A DNA stretch of 64,000 bases from an uncultured Chloroflexia bacterium (GCA_963847595.1 CAWKAJ010000003.1:36979-100978); one strand, 5' to 3'. Positions 15,114 through 25,605 are shown, counted from the stretch's first letter. Notes: generated by a model from the letters alone, not told the origin. Translations and numbers: made by a program.

Positions 15114-16523
15114 ATGATGTCACAGGGAGATAGAAGCGACCTGAAATACTTCTTTGAGCCTGCTTCCGTAGCTGTATTCGGCTCGTTGAGAGAGGTGTTT
15201 GGACTGGGCTACGGGATGGTGCGCAACTTGCTCCAATTCGGTTATTCCGGCAAGATTTACCCGGTCAGCCCCTATCACAGCGAGGTTATGGGCAGGAAGG
15301 CTTACTCTTCAGTCGAGCAAATAGCCGAGCCTATAGATGCCGCCATTGTGATAACGCCTCCGCCCACGGTGCCGCCCATTGTGGAGCAGTGCGCACGCAA
15401 GGGCGTGAAGGTGGTCACTATAATCTCCGAAAATTTCGCCGAAGCTGGTGGTAAGGGGGTGGAATACCAGCGGCAACTGGTAGAGATAGTGCGCCGCACC
15501 GGCATCCGCATCATAGGCCCCAATACGGTGGGACTCTTCAATGCTGCCAACGGCTTCCTGACCAACCCCTATATCATCGTTCACAAAAAGATAAGGAAGG
15601 GCGGCATAGCCTACTGCAGCCAGACCGGCTACGTGGGCATGGCGGCGCAAACCTGGGGAGACCGCATCATTCCCGTGAACAAGGTGTGCGACCTGGGCAA
15701 CAAGTGCGACGTCGATGAAGCCGACCTTTTGAACTATCTGGCAGACGACCCGGAGACTAAAGTTGTCTCCATGCATATCGAGGACGTGAGGGATGGCCGC
15801 AGATTCATGGAGGCGGCCCGTAAGGTGGCGGCGCACAAGCCGCTGCTGCTCTTCAAGCCGGGCGGGAGTCAGGAAGGGGCCAGGGCCGCAGCCTCTCATG
15901 CAGGCTCTCTGGCAGGAGACGAAGAGGTCTATGATACAGCTATCAGGCAGGTTGGGGCTATCAGGCTCCACAGTTGGCCGGAGTACTGGGATATGCCCCG
16001 GATTTTCGCCTACCAGCCGCTGCCTCAAGGCAACCGTATCGCCATCCTCACCCTCGCTGGCGGTGTGGGTGTAGCTGCCGTGGATACAGCGATAGCATCC
16101 GGTCTGTCTATCGCTCGCTTCTCACCCGCTACAGCCGATAAGCTGAGGAAAATATACCCCAGGCTCTCCAACAATCCGGTAGACCTGGGCCCCATACTAT
16201 CCGTGTCTGACAACCCCTTCGCCGTTCAGGAAGATGTGATAGCTGCGGTGCTGGACGATGCCAACGTGGATTGTGCTGCCATCTCTGTCTATGTAGGCTT
16301 CGAGGACCTGATCGCTATCATTGTAGAGATGTTCGAACATTTGAAACCGCGCATCGCCAAGCCTCTGGCGCTCTGGATTTACGGGATGCAGTTGCCCGTG
16401 CTCGACGAGATGTACCGTCAGTTAGAGGAGCGGGGCTTGCCCACGTATCTAGACCTCGAGAGCGCTGTCAAAGCGCTGGGCATCGCCGCCAGATATTCTA
16501 ATATTAAAGCGGGTCATGGATAA
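15114..16523 (+). CDS. acyl-CoA ligase (ADP-forming) alpha-subunit family / CoA-binding protein
   Basis: GPNTVG, SQTG, LGNKCD, phospho-His motif SHAGSL, NPVD. No ATP-grasp domain. Confidence 0.88.
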   Translation: MMSQGDRSDLKYFFEPASVAVFGSLREVFGLGYGMVRNLLQFGYSGKIYPVSPYHSEVMGRKAYSSVEQIAEPIDAAIVITPPPTVPPIVEQCARKGVKVVTIISENFAEAGGKGVEYQRQLVEIVRRTGIRIIGPNTVGLFNAANGFLTNPYIIVHKKIRKGGIAYCSQTGYVGMAAQTWGDRIIPVNKVCDLGNKCDVDEADLLNYLADDPETKVVSMHIEDVRDGRRFMEAARKVAAHKPLLLFKPGGSQEGARAAASHAGSLAGDEEVYDTAIRQVGAIRLHSWPEYWDMPRIFAYQPLPQGNRIAILTLAGGVGVAAVDTAIASGLSIARFSPATADKLRKIYPRLSNNPVDLGPILSVSDNPFAVQEDVIAAVLDDANVDCAAISVYVGFEDLIAIIVEMFEHLKPRIAKPLALWIYGMQLPVLDEMYRQLEERGLPTYLDLESAVKALGIAARYSNIKAGHG

Positions 16524-16537
16524 ACGGAGGAAACGGG

Positions 16538-18748
16538 ATGAGCAAAAAGCATACGGATGAACAGGTGATAATGACCACCTGCGCCAGCCACTGCGGCGGG
16601 TTTTGTGGTCTCAAAGTGTATGTGAAGGATGGCGTCATCACCAGAATCGAGACTGACGATGGCGAGGAGCCCCAGGCCAGGGCCTGCCTCAAGGGACGGT
16701 CATACCGGCAGAGGGTCTACCATCCCGACCGCCTGCTCTACCCTATGAAGAGGGTGGGCGAGCGAGGGGAGGGCAAGTTCCAGCGAATCTCATGGGATGA
16801 GGCGCTGGATACCGTAGCCGGTGAGATAAAACGGGTGCGTGATACCTACGGGCCGCAGGCCATACTGCTTAAGACCTCTGTGGGCGACATGAACTTCGTT
16901 CATACCGGCGCTATGGTGGTGGAAAAGCTTTTAGCCATGGCCGGCGGCTATTCCTCGCCCTGGGCGTACTTCTCGTATGAAGGGGGGACTTTCGCCGAGC
17001 TGACCACTTACGGAACCATGTCGTCTCAGAGTTCCCGCGAGGATTTTCTGAATTCCCGCCTGATAATTATGTGGGGCTGGGACCCCGCGACTACGATACA
17101 GGACACCAACACTATCTTGTATCTGGCTCAGGCCAGGGAGGCCGGCTGCAAAATCGTCTCCATCGACCCCAGGTTCACCGATACCACCGCAACCGTGGCG
17201 CACCAGTGGGTACCCATCAAGCCGGGCACCGACCCAGCCATGATGATTGCTATGGCCTATGTCATGTTGCGGGACGGCCTGCAGAACCAGGCATTCCTCG
17301 ATAAATATACCTACGGCTTCGATAAATTCAGAGATTACGTCATGGGCGTGGAGGACGGTGTGCCCAAGACCCCGGCCTGGGCCGAGGCTATCACCGGAGT
17401 ACCGGCAGAAGTGATTGAGACCCTGGCCAGGGAGTACGCCACGACCAAGCCTGCGGCGTTGATTGCTGGAATAGGGCCCGGGCGCTCCGCCAGAGGCGAG
17501 CAGTACCATCGAGCAGCCATAACCCTGTCCGCCATGACGGGCAACATCGGCATCCACGGCGGTAGCGCTGCCCAGAGGTCCTGGCCCGCAGGTCTGGTGC
17601 CCTTCCCCTTCATGATGATGGGCATCCCCGATATCATCGTCAACCCTGTGGAGGCCAATGCAACTCCTCCGCAAGACATGCTGCCTCTGCGTCGCATCTG
17701 GCCCTGGGGCGCGGGCAGTATACACGTCGCTCAAATGGCGGATGCCATACTCAAGGGCAAGGCCGGGGGCTACCCTGCCGACTACAAGCTGCTTTACATA
17801 GCCAGCACCGGCTATCCCAATCAATATCTCAACGTCAATAAACATGTGCAGGCCATGAAATCGAAGTCCCTGGAATTCATCGTGGTTCACGAGCAGTTCA
17901 TGACGCCCGGCGCCAAGTTCGCCGACATCCTGCTGCCGTGCAGCACCTTCCTGGAACGTAATGACATCGCTCAGTGGAGCGCCACCTGGTTCTATGGATA
18001 CCAGAACAAGGTAATCGAGCCGCTAGGCGAGTCGAAATCGTCATGGGATATATGCAAAGAGCTGGCGAAGAGGCTGGACATACCCCACTTTTTCGACAAA
18101 ACAGAGGACGAGACGCTGAGGGATATGGTGAAAGGTTGTGCCGATATTAAAGACTACGACACTTTCAAGAAGCAGGGCCTTCATAAAATGCACCCTGCGG
18201 AACCGCATGTGGCTTTTCGTGACGAGATCGAGAACCCGGAGAATAACCCCTTCGGTACGCCGTCGGGTAAGATTGAGATATACTCCCAGTTGATTGCGGA
18301 GATGAACAATCCCGAGATACCTCCCATCCCCAAGTATCTCGAGTCCTGGGAAGGCCCGACCGACCCCCTGCATAAGAAATACCCTCTGCAGCTCCTGACC
18401 ACGCATTTCAAAGGGCGCGCGCACTCGCAGTTCCACAATGTCGCCTGGATTCGGGAGGTGCTGCCTCAGACGGTATTGATAAATTCATCCGATGCAAAAG
18501 CCAGAGGTATAAAGGATGGCGATTTGGTCAGGGTGTTCAACGACCGGGGCCAGATGATAATTCCGGCCAGGGTCAGCCAGCGTATGATGCCCGGAGTAGT
18601 AGATGTCCCTCAAGGTGCCTGGTACGAGCCCGACGAGAAAGGCGTAGACCGTGGGGGGTGCGCCAATATCCTGACCAAAGATGCCTATTCTCCCGGCGGC
18701 GCGTGCTGCACCAACACTGCGCTGGTGCAGGTGGAGAAAGCTCGCTGA
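16538..18748 (+). CDS. DMSO-reductase-family molybdopterin oxidoreductase (DmsA-like, no Tat leader)
   Basis: N-terminal CxxHCxxxC...C Fe-S motif, PDRLLYPMKR, ADILLP, TPSGKIEIYS, C-terminal MGD-binding domain. Confidence 0.92.
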   Translation: MSKKHTDEQVIMTTCASHCGGFCGLKVYVKDGVITRIETDDGEEPQARACLKGRSYRQRVYHPDRLLYPMKRVGERGEGKFQRISWDEALDTVAGEIKRVRDTYGPQAILLKTSVGDMNFVHTGAMVVEKLLAMAGGYSSPWAYFSYEGGTFAELTTYGTMSSQSSREDFLNSRLIIMWGWDPATTIQDTNTILYLAQAREAGCKIVSIDPRFTDTTATVAHQWVPIKPGTDPAMMIAMAYVMLRDGLQNQAFLDKYTYGFDKFRDYVMGVEDGVPKTPAWAEAITGVPAEVIETLAREYATTKPAALIAGIGPGRSARGEQYHRAAITLSAMTGNIGIHGGSAAQRSWPAGLVPFPFMMMGIPDIIVNPVEANATPPQDMLPLRRIWPWGAGSIHVAQMADAILKGKAGGYPADYKLLYIASTGYPNQYLNVNKHVQAMKSKSLEFIVVHEQFMTPGAKFADILLPCSTFLERNDIAQWSATWFYGYQNKVIEPLGESKSSWDICKELAKRLDIPHFFDKTEDETLRDMVKGCADIKDYDTFKKQGLHKMHPAEPHVAFRDEIENPENNPFGTPSGKIEIYSQLIAEMNNPEIPPIPKYLESWEGPTDPLHKKYPLQLLTTHFKGRAHSQFHNVAWIREVLPQTVLINSSDAKARGIKDGDLVRVFNDRGQMIIPARVSQRMMPGVVDVPQGAWYEPDEKGVDRGGCANILTKDAYSPGGACCTNTALVQVEKAR

Positions 18749-18764
18749 ATAAACGGAGAAAGCT

Positions 18765-19661
18765 ATGCTGGATGTGAAGGAAGTAGCTGATAAGATTTAC
18801 CGGTTTGAGGCTGGTCTATCGGTGATGACCAGCCTGTTCACGGTATACCTCATCAAGGAGTCACAGGGTGTGGTAATAGACCCCGGCCCCGGAGCCCTGG
18901 TTCCCGGGATTCAAGAAGCTATGAAAAAGTTGGGTCTGAAGGATTTGGCTTACATCATTCCCACCCACATCCATGTTGACCATGCAGGCGGTGCCGGGAA
19001 GCTGGCCCAGCTTTACCCCGGAGCGAAAGTGCTGGGCCATCCCGCCGGAGTGAAACACGCCGTAGACCCTTCCCGTCTCATCGAGAGCACCAGGAAGGTT
19101 TTCGGAGAAGACTTCGAAGCCGGGTTCGGGCCGATTCTGCCTGTGCCGGAGTCTCAAATAAAGTCTGTAGAGGATGGCGAGATAATTAAAGTCGATGGCA
19201 GGGAGTTGCAGATTGTCTATGCGCCGGGGCACGCACCACATCATATAGCCATCTTCGACCGCAGCGTGAAGGGTCTCTTCTGCGGCGAGGCGCTGGGCCT
19301 GCCCGGGGGCGAGGACAACCGGACTTTGCTGCCTGCCGTGGCCCCGCCCAGCTTCGACCAGGAGATATATATTGAGACTATGGAGAAGCTGAGGAAGCTG
19401 AATGCCCGCATCCTATTCTATGCCCATGGTGGAGTGGTGGGCCACGATGCGGACAGGCTGATTACGCAGGCCGAGGAGAACACCCGTATCATTGGCGACA
19501 TAATTCTCCAGGCTTTGAAGCAGGGCGGAACAACCGAGGATATCAACCGCCGAGTGAAGGAATCGGCTTCCAGCCGTTTTGCCATGACCTTAACCGAGAT
19601 GGACCTGGCCTTGACCGTAAGCGGCTACGAAGTCTACTACAAAAAGAAAGGGCTGTTGTGA
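18765..19661 (+). CDS. MBL-fold metallo-hydrolase
   Basis: THIHVDHAGG and PGHAPHH motifs. Confidence 0.9.
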   Translation: MLDVKEVADKIYRFEAGLSVMTSLFTVYLIKESQGVVIDPGPGALVPGIQEAMKKLGLKDLAYIIPTHIHVDHAGGAGKLAQLYPGAKVLGHPAGVKHAVDPSRLIESTRKVFGEDFEAGFGPILPVPESQIKSVEDGEIIKVDGRELQIVYAPGHAPHHIAIFDRSVKGLFCGEALGLPGGEDNRTLLPAVAPPSFDQEIYIETMEKLRKLNARILFYAHGGVVGHDADRLITQAEENTRIIGDIILQALKQGGTTEDINRRVKESASSRFAMTLTEMDLALTVSGYEVYYKKKGLL

Positions 19662-19685
19662 AAGGGCGTCTACTTATTAACTTGC

Positions 19686-19867
19686 GTAGGGGCACGGTGC
19701 ACCGTGCCCCTACATTGCTCATCTGGCGGGAAACGTAAGGTCTATCCTAAGCCTAGCGAAAGACGAGAGGAGTAGGGGCGTTCAATTGAACGCCCCTACT
19801 CTTTGAATCCGTTCGCCCTGAGCCTGTCGAAGGGCGGTTCGTGGTTCGACAAGCTCACCACGAACGG
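19686..19867. repeat. REP cluster: perfect 28-bp palindromes at 19686-19713 and 19772-19799, plus a CGTTCG-type element at 19809-19867
   Basis: GTAGGGGCACGGTGCACCGTGCCCCTAC and GTAGGGGCGTTCAATTGAACGCCCCTAC. Confidence 0.9.
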
Positions 19868-19926
19868 AAATTGACAAACCACCGCAGCTACCGCTAAAAT
19901 TCGGCTTGAGGAAAAGAGGTGCAAAC

Positions 19927-20085
19927 ATGAAATCACGTTGCGAGACTTGCGGCATGCGCAAGCGTGCCGAGAAAACCCCCAAGTCCATAATCGCCAAAAT
20001 CTGGCGCTGGCACACAGGCTGGTGCCCTGGCTGGAAGGCATATCAACGGGAACTGGCCGAACAGAAGGTAGATTCCAAATCCTGA
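19927..20085 (+). CDS. 52-aa Cys/Trp-rich small protein (not in ORF track)
   Basis: SD AAGAGG. MKSRCETCGMRKRAEKTPKSIIAKIWRWHTGWCPGWKAYQRELAEQKVDSKS. Confidence 0.75.
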   Translation: MKSRCETCGMRKRAEKTPKSIIAKIWRWHTGWCPGWKAYQRELAEQKVDSKS

Positions 20086-20119
20086 GCACTAAACCCTGGA
20101 CAAATACGAATTTTCAATG

Positions 20120-20147
20120 GTAGGGGCACGGTGCACCGTGCCCCTAC
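20120..20147. repeat. GTAG-type REP, identical to 19686-19713
   Basis: Exact 28-bp match. Confidence 0.92.
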
Positions 20148-20351
20148 GTTGTTACGGCCAAGGGCGTCAGCTCACAGGCCTATTCCTATTACAATCCGGA
20201 CATTAAAGCAGAAACGCTGAGCCAGGGCATCACAGTCACTCAGTAGGGAGCAAGTTGACACCAATCTATGGTAGATTTTAGAATATTGCATAGGTGCATA
20301 ACCAAAAGAAAGGCTGTTTAGACAATATTCACGTCTAGTCGGGGGTATAGT

Positions 20352-21014
20352 ATGTCAGATGACAATGCACAGGCAGTTCAACGGGTAGCTGAGTTGGAAA
20401 AAGAACTGGCGCATTTGAATGCATATTTGACTGTGAGCTCTGTGCTGACGCAATCGCTGGGCCTTCATGATCTGCTGGAGGCTATTTTATATTGCTCGAT
20501 GGATACAGTTTCGGCGGAGGCGGCGTCGGTTTTGCTCTTGGACGATACGAAAGAGAACTTTCAGTTTTACCAGGTTGAGGGAGCGGCGAAGCCACTACTG
20601 ATGAAAAGCAGCTTTCCCGTGGATAAGGGTGTGGCTGGTTGGGTATTGCAACACCAGCAATCACAGGTAGTGAATGATGTTGGTGGCGACCCCCGCTTTT
20701 ACCGGGAGATTGACTCCAAATCCGGATTTCAGACAAGGAATATGATAGCCGTTCCTCTCACCGCTGGCGAAGAAAAAATAGGGGTGTTGGAAATTATTAA
20801 TAAGGCTGATGCGCCGAGCTTCACTGAGGAAGAGCACCGCTTGCTGCGTTCGATTGCTGATGAAGTTGCCTTTGCTATTCGGAATGCCAAACTATTCGAG
20901 TATCTGGCTGATACCTACTGCCAGCAGCGTCAGGGGAAAGGCTCGTGTAGGGGGTGCAAGAGACCTCTTGGGTCATGGACGCCGTGCGTCAAATACCGGG
21001 AAGTTGAAATATAG
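20352..21014 (+). CDS. stand-alone GAF domain protein with C-terminal four-Cys tail
   Basis: GVAGWV, DPRF, VPL, GVLEIINK and FTEEE GAF features. Tail YCQQRQGKGSCRGCKRPLGSWTPC. Confidence 0.85.
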   Translation: MSDDNAQAVQRVAELEKELAHLNAYLTVSSVLTQSLGLHDLLEAILYCSMDTVSAEAASVLLLDDTKENFQFYQVEGAAKPLLMKSSFPVDKGVAGWVLQHQQSQVVNDVGGDPRFYREIDSKSGFQTRNMIAVPLTAGEEKIGVLEIINKADAPSFTEEEHRLLRSIADEVAFAIRNAKLFEYLADTYCQQRQGKGSCRGCKRPLGSWTPCVKYREVEI

Positions 21015-21179
21015 TAAGTAGTGCCACACAGTAGATGTTAGGCCAAGAGAGCTCCTAATCCTCTTTGTTCTATATGACCCCGCATACTGTATCGCTCCTT
21101 AAGTTGGTGTAGTTGACATTGCTGGTAACTCTAACCCTGTAAGTGGTACTAGGTCCGGGGGCATGTCATCCGGAACCTG

Positions 21180-21713
21180 CTATGACGATTTTCCTCGCCG
21201 TAGTATTCTACGTGTAACTGCGCTGGGTTTCCATGTCTTGTCAACCCAAGCTTTCTTAGTAGCATTACTTATGATACCAGCAGACAGATTGAGTATTTTC
21301 TGAGGGCCAAACCATGAGGCAATATTGGTGGAAGCCAGGGGTGATATGCCTACTTTGCTAGTCAAGGCCCACCCGGATAGGGCAGAAGGGACTAGGGTAA
21401 TGAGATTGGGTGCCTGCTCAATAAGCTGCAGACGCAACATATCAGGCCATATTGGTCTTTTCAGCTTGTGGTAGTCCTTGCGGAAGGCTATGAAATACCC
21501 AATAAACCATGTCGCTATGTAGCCGAAGTTACTTGCTATCGTATAAAACAGAGCGGTATCCCACGTGGAAAGATGGAACTTGTAGGTGGTAAAGTAAGCT
21601 ACTGTAGTCCTGAAAGCGAAAGCACTGCAACCCCCAAGGAATTGCACTACAACCAGCTTGGCGCTTAAGTATCTTTTTGCTATTTCGACTGTTTTTGATT
21701 GTAGCTTCTTCAC
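21180..21713 (-). CDS. hypothetical membrane protein
   Basis: 177-aa ORF with several hydrophobic segments in lower-GC DNA. Start uncertain. Confidence 0.6.
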   Translation of the reverse strand: MKKLQSKTVEIAKRYLSAKLVVVQFLGGCSAFAFRTTVAYFTTYKFHLSTWDTALFYTIASNFGYIATWFIGYFIAFRKDYHKLKRPIWPDMLRLQLIEQAPNLITLVPSALSGWALTSKVGISPLASTNIASWFGPQKILNLSAGIISNATKKAWVDKTWKPSAVTRRILRRGKSS

Positions 21714-22166
21714 GTTTTTTGAACCAATTCACAATAGCTCAAGCGGGGATGAATTCTCAGAATTTCTAGAATCCCTGAAAGAACTAGCCAGTCCGTCGCA
21801 TCTCGAGTTTCGATCAAGCCATACGTCAGCCTAATCGCTATTGAAAGCAATTACACCTACTGTGCCATGTCTGGCAAGAGTCATTGATAAGCCTAAAACC
21901 AATCAACTCCATTTCGTGGATGTTCACAATATACCACAAATCTTCCCATCCAGACTAACCGACGTAAAGTTCAGGTCAGCATGAAGCACAACAGGGTTGT
22001 GGTGGGGTAGTAAGTAGAGACTACTCTGTCAGTGCAGGTTTCTTAGCTAAACAATCTACGACTTGCGCCAGCCAGCGTTCCACATTTGCTCCACTCATTG
22101 GGCAGGTCGGGGATGGGTGAGAGGGGTGCAGGGGCGCCCGCCTCAGGCGGGCGCCCTCTGCCTGTC

Positions 22167-23384
22167 TCATAGATAGATGACCTCTTCCGAATGGCCCAGC
22201 GTCAAGAACAGGGCCATGTAGTCCCTCATGTGTCGGGTAATGAGGAAATTGTGCTTCACATGCTCTCTGCCGTTTTCTCCCAGCCACCTGGCATATTCCG
22301 GATTGCCCAGAAGCTGCTTGATGGCATAGGCCGTGCCCTCGATTCCGTGTGACAGGAGGCCGGTGAACTTGTTCTTCACCTGTAACGGGATACCCCCTAC
22401 AGCAGAAGCCACTACCGGTTTGGCTTTCCACAGAGCCTCGCTCACCGTCAGTCCGAATCCTTCCTTCAGCGATTTCTGCACCACAACAGCAGCCGCTCTT
22501 TGCAGGGCGTTGATCTCTATATCGCTTCCGGGCGGGATAAGAAGAACGTGGATATCGCGGTCGCCCTCCGCTTCATTCATCACCTCCGCGTATACTTTGC
22601 CTGACTCCGGGTCGTCAGTGGCAGTGCCGCCGGCCAGAACCAGCCTGCAGTCCATGCTCTTTCTCACCTGCTTGAAGGCCTGGATCACCCCTACCGGGTC
22701 CTTGAGGTAGTCAAAGCGCGATACCTGGACTATCAAAGGTTTATCGTCCGGTATACCGTACTTCGTCAGGACTGAATCAATAATGTCCTGGCTCAGCTCT
22801 ATGTTCTTGTCGCTCAGGGGGTCGATTGAGGGAGGGATAAGGAACTGGCGCATTGGCAGCGGTTTAGAGAAAGCCGGGGAGGAGAATACAGCCGCATCAT
22901 ACTGCATTACCCAGGGCTTGATGAAATTCCATGCTGCTTCGTTAGGCCTGGAAACATCTATGTGGCACCGCCATATCCAGTTCTTGCCGAGTTCTTTCTT
23001 CCTTTCGATCAGGGCTATCGGCTGGGGGTCGTGGATAAACATGATATCCCCGTAGAGCTCCAGAGCTTTGATATTCTTCCGGCTTGTTTCTTGAAACGCT
23101 GAGATGTCTTGCGCAGAGATTTTTTCATCCCTGCCATGGAGTGCGTTGTGCAGCTTCTTGGTTACCTGGAAGAAAGTGGCATCGCCCTTGATAACGCTCC
23201 AGCGGGCATCCACGCCAAGCTCGGACAGCAGAGGAATCATGCGGCTTAGCAGCTCAGCCACCCCTCCGCCCGTGGATGTGGAGTTTACGTTCTGGATCAC
23301 CTTGCCCGAGAGCTTGCTTGCCAGCAGCCGCAGTTCTTCGATGCCGCTCTTACCGATCAGGGGCTCGTAGTCATCCAGCTTCAC
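22167..23384 (-). CDS. treT: trehalose glycosyltransferring synthase (GT4)
   Basis: NSTSTGGGVAE, HDPQP, WRCHID, VSRFD and EGFGLTVSEA motifs. GTG start overlaps the upstream TGA. Confidence 0.85.
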   Translation of the reverse strand: MKLDDYEPLIGKSGIEELRLLASKLSGKVIQNVNSTSTGGGVAELLSRMIPLLSELGVDARWSVIKGDATFFQVTKKLHNALHGRDEKISAQDISAFQETSRKNIKALELYGDIMFIHDPQPIALIERKKELGKNWIWRCHIDVSRPNEAAWNFIKPWVMQYDAAVFSSPAFSKPLPMRQFLIPPSIDPLSDKNIELSQDIIDSVLTKYGIPDDKPLIVQVSRFDYLKDPVGVIQAFKQVRKSMDCRLVLAGGTATDDPESGKVYAEVMNEAEGDRDIHVLLIPPGSDIEINALQRAAAVVVQKSLKEGFGLTVSEALWKAKPVVASAVGGIPLQVKNKFTGLLSHGIEGTAYAIKQLLGNPEYARWLGENGREHVKHNFLITRHMRDYMALFLTLGHSEEVIYL

Positions 23385-24043
23385 TCGATGCGTTTTGCCA
23401 TGAGTTTTATGAGCTGTGATCTTACCCCCTCCAGGGTATAGGTATATGGGTCGAGCTTGGCTACAGCTTCTGCCAGTTCCTGCTCTCCCAGAGTGTCTGC
23501 CAGCCAGACTGAGAAGTCGTTTGACATCTTGCCCAGTCGCAGCCTTGACTCGATGATATGGAAGTACAATGAACCCGGGCTCAGCGTGCCCAGTGCTTCC
23601 CCGAATTCCTTGAGGTCTCGGGCCATATGCGGTGTGGGCAGGATTATGCTCACCCACTTTATAAAGTAGAATTCTTTCCCTTCAGGCGCTTTCCGCAGTT
23701 CCTGTCCTGACGATATGTGTTGCCCTATGACATTGACTATCCTGTCGCGCAGCGCACTCATCGCGGGGAACTCTAAGATGTCGATGCTGGCCAGCTTTTC
23801 CCCCAATATCTCTTCCACCAGTACATCGTTTGCCCACACTGCGAAGTCATTGGCCGGCTCGGGCGTGAGGTAGTGGTGTTCTTCCAGGAAATGGTGCGCG
23901 TGGTAGTGCACGATGGAATCCGGGGCATTTTTCAGGATATCGACCAGCTCCTTGAGGTTCTTCGCCTTAATGCCGGTCAATTCCTTGAGATGCACCTGAT
24001 CGACAAAACGAAAGGGTTCTCGGGCCTTCTTCACAGTCTTCAC
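23381..24043 (-). CDS. DUF5752-family protein
   Basis: Two internal repeats (PFRF...YH...NDFAVW / FYF...FH...NDFSVW). Typical treT neighbour. Confidence 0.8.
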   Translation of the reverse strand: MKTVKKAREPFRFVDQVHLKELTGIKAKNLKELVDILKNAPDSIVHYHAHHFLEEHHYLTPEPANDFAVWANDVLVEEILGEKLASIDILEFPAMSALRDRIVNVIGQHISSGQELRKAPEGKEFYFIKWVSIILPTPHMARDLKEFGEALGTLSPGSLYFHIIESRLRLGKMSNDFSVWLADTLGEQELAEAVAKLDPYTYTLEGVRSQLIKLMAKRIE

Positions 24044-24229
24044 AGTATCCTGCCTTCCCGCTGATAGTCTACAGCATTTCCGTGCATCAAGACAGCCCCT
24101 TCCTGCTGTGGACATAGACCGCAGCGGCATGGTGCACTGTGCCCAGCTTTCAAGGAAGTCAATGTTTGTCTCTAGGACAAACCGCCTTTACCTTGACAAA
24201 CGTCCTGCTATCGCATATAAAAGCCTCAA

Positions 24230-25459
24230 ATGAAGATTTGTCTCCTGACCTACAGGGGAAATATGTACTGCGGCGGGCAGGGGGTCTATATATGCTACCT
24301 GGCCGGAGCGCTCCAGGAGCTGGGGCACGAAGTCCACATAGTATCAGGCCCGCCTTATCCCACGCCTCCTGCAGGCGTCAAGCTGCACAAGGTTCTAGGG
24401 CTCAACCTGTACGAGACCAGCAACCTCTCTTCATTGTCGAGCCCTGTTCAGGCCTTGACCCCGCTCAATCTCTATGAGATTGCGGCGGTGCATATCGGCT
24501 TCTTCCCCGACATATTTACCTTCAGCATGAGGGCATACTTCAAACTGCGCGAGCTCATGTCCCGCGAGAAGTTCGACGTTATTCACGATAACCAGACCCT
24601 GGGCTACGGATTGCTTCTGATGAAAAGCCTCGGCGTGCCCATCGTCGCTACCATACATCACCCCATCACCGTCGACCTCGCAGCCTCTCTGGCCCAGTCC
24701 GATACATTCCGGCGCGGCATCAGATGGACCATGTTCTATTCCTTCCTCACTATGCAGGGCATTGTGAGCAGGCGCATGGAGAGGGTGGTCACGGTTTCCC
24801 AGTCCTCGGCAGAGGATACCGCCCGCGCCTTCAAACTGCGCAAAGACAGGGTCAGGGTGGTCTACAACGGCATAGATACCGATATCTTTAGAAGGCTCGA
24901 CGGCGTCGAGAGAGAGCCCAACAGCCTGGTCGTAGTGGGCAAAGTCGAGGACAAGACCAAGGGCATTCCCTATCTGCTGGAGGCGGTGAAACTGCTCAAG
25001 GGTGACCTCGATGTCAAGGTGTATGTGGTGGGCAAGCAGGAAGCCAGCGAGGGCTATGGCACGAATCTGGCGCAGCAGTTGGGCATCTCCGACAGGGTTA
25101 TTTTCACCGGTTACATCGGCACGGACGAGCTGGTCAGGCGCTATTCTTCGGCGGAGATAGGGGTCACTGCCTCCATATATGAGGGCTTCGGATTGCCTGC
25201 TGCGGAGGCGATGTCCTGCGGCACCCCTGTTATCGCCACCAGGGCCGGGGCATTACCCGAGATAGTGGACGACGGCGCAGCCGGGATTCTGGTGCCGCCC
25301 GCAGACCCACCAGCGCTGGCAGCAGCGATAAAGCGCCTTCTCGCCGACAAGCCCCTGAGGCAAAAGATGGGGCAGGCAGCCCGCAAGAGGATCGAGGACT
25401 CCTTTAGCTGGCAGGCCGCAGCCAGGAAAACCGTCGAAGTCTACCGCGAGCTCTTATAG
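24230..25459 (+). CDS. glycosyltransferase family 4
   Basis: GGQG, YNGID and EGFGLPAAEAM motifs. Confidence 0.92.
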   Translation: MKICLLTYRGNMYCGGQGVYICYLAGALQELGHEVHIVSGPPYPTPPAGVKLHKVLGLNLYETSNLSSLSSPVQALTPLNLYEIAAVHIGFFPDIFTFSMRAYFKLRELMSREKFDVIHDNQTLGYGLLLMKSLGVPIVATIHHPITVDLAASLAQSDTFRRGIRWTMFYSFLTMQGIVSRRMERVVTVSQSSAEDTARAFKLRKDRVRVVYNGIDTDIFRRLDGVEREPNSLVVVGKVEDKTKGIPYLLEAVKLLKGDLDVKVYVVGKQEASEGYGTNLAQQLGISDRVIFTGYIGTDELVRRYSSAEIGVTASIYEGFGLPAAEAMSCGTPVIATRAGALPEIVDDGAAGILVPPADPPALAAAIKRLLADKPLRQKMGQAARKRIEDSFSWQAAARKTVEVYRELL

Positions 25460-25605
25460 GCCGAGCCTGCCGAAAAGCTAGTCTCAATGTCATTACCTTG
25501 AAAATAGCCTCTTCAAGCAGCCATAGGGTAGGTGCTCTGTCACCTACCCTGGAATGCGGGTAACGGAGCACCCGCGCTATTTTAATCCTTGGTGGTGGCG
25601 ATTAT

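Noticed and set aside
21700-21735. Frameshift in an A6 run joining MNWFK to the 177-aa membrane ORF
   Set aside because: Adds only six residues, and there is no SD or homology evidence to decide.
22167-23657. Long N-terminal extensions in the ORF track (treT, 28618..29751, 36286..37410, 60089..61669, 9204..10022)
   Set aside because: They overlap neighbouring genes or REPs. Downstream starts have SD sequences or coincide with the start of family homology.
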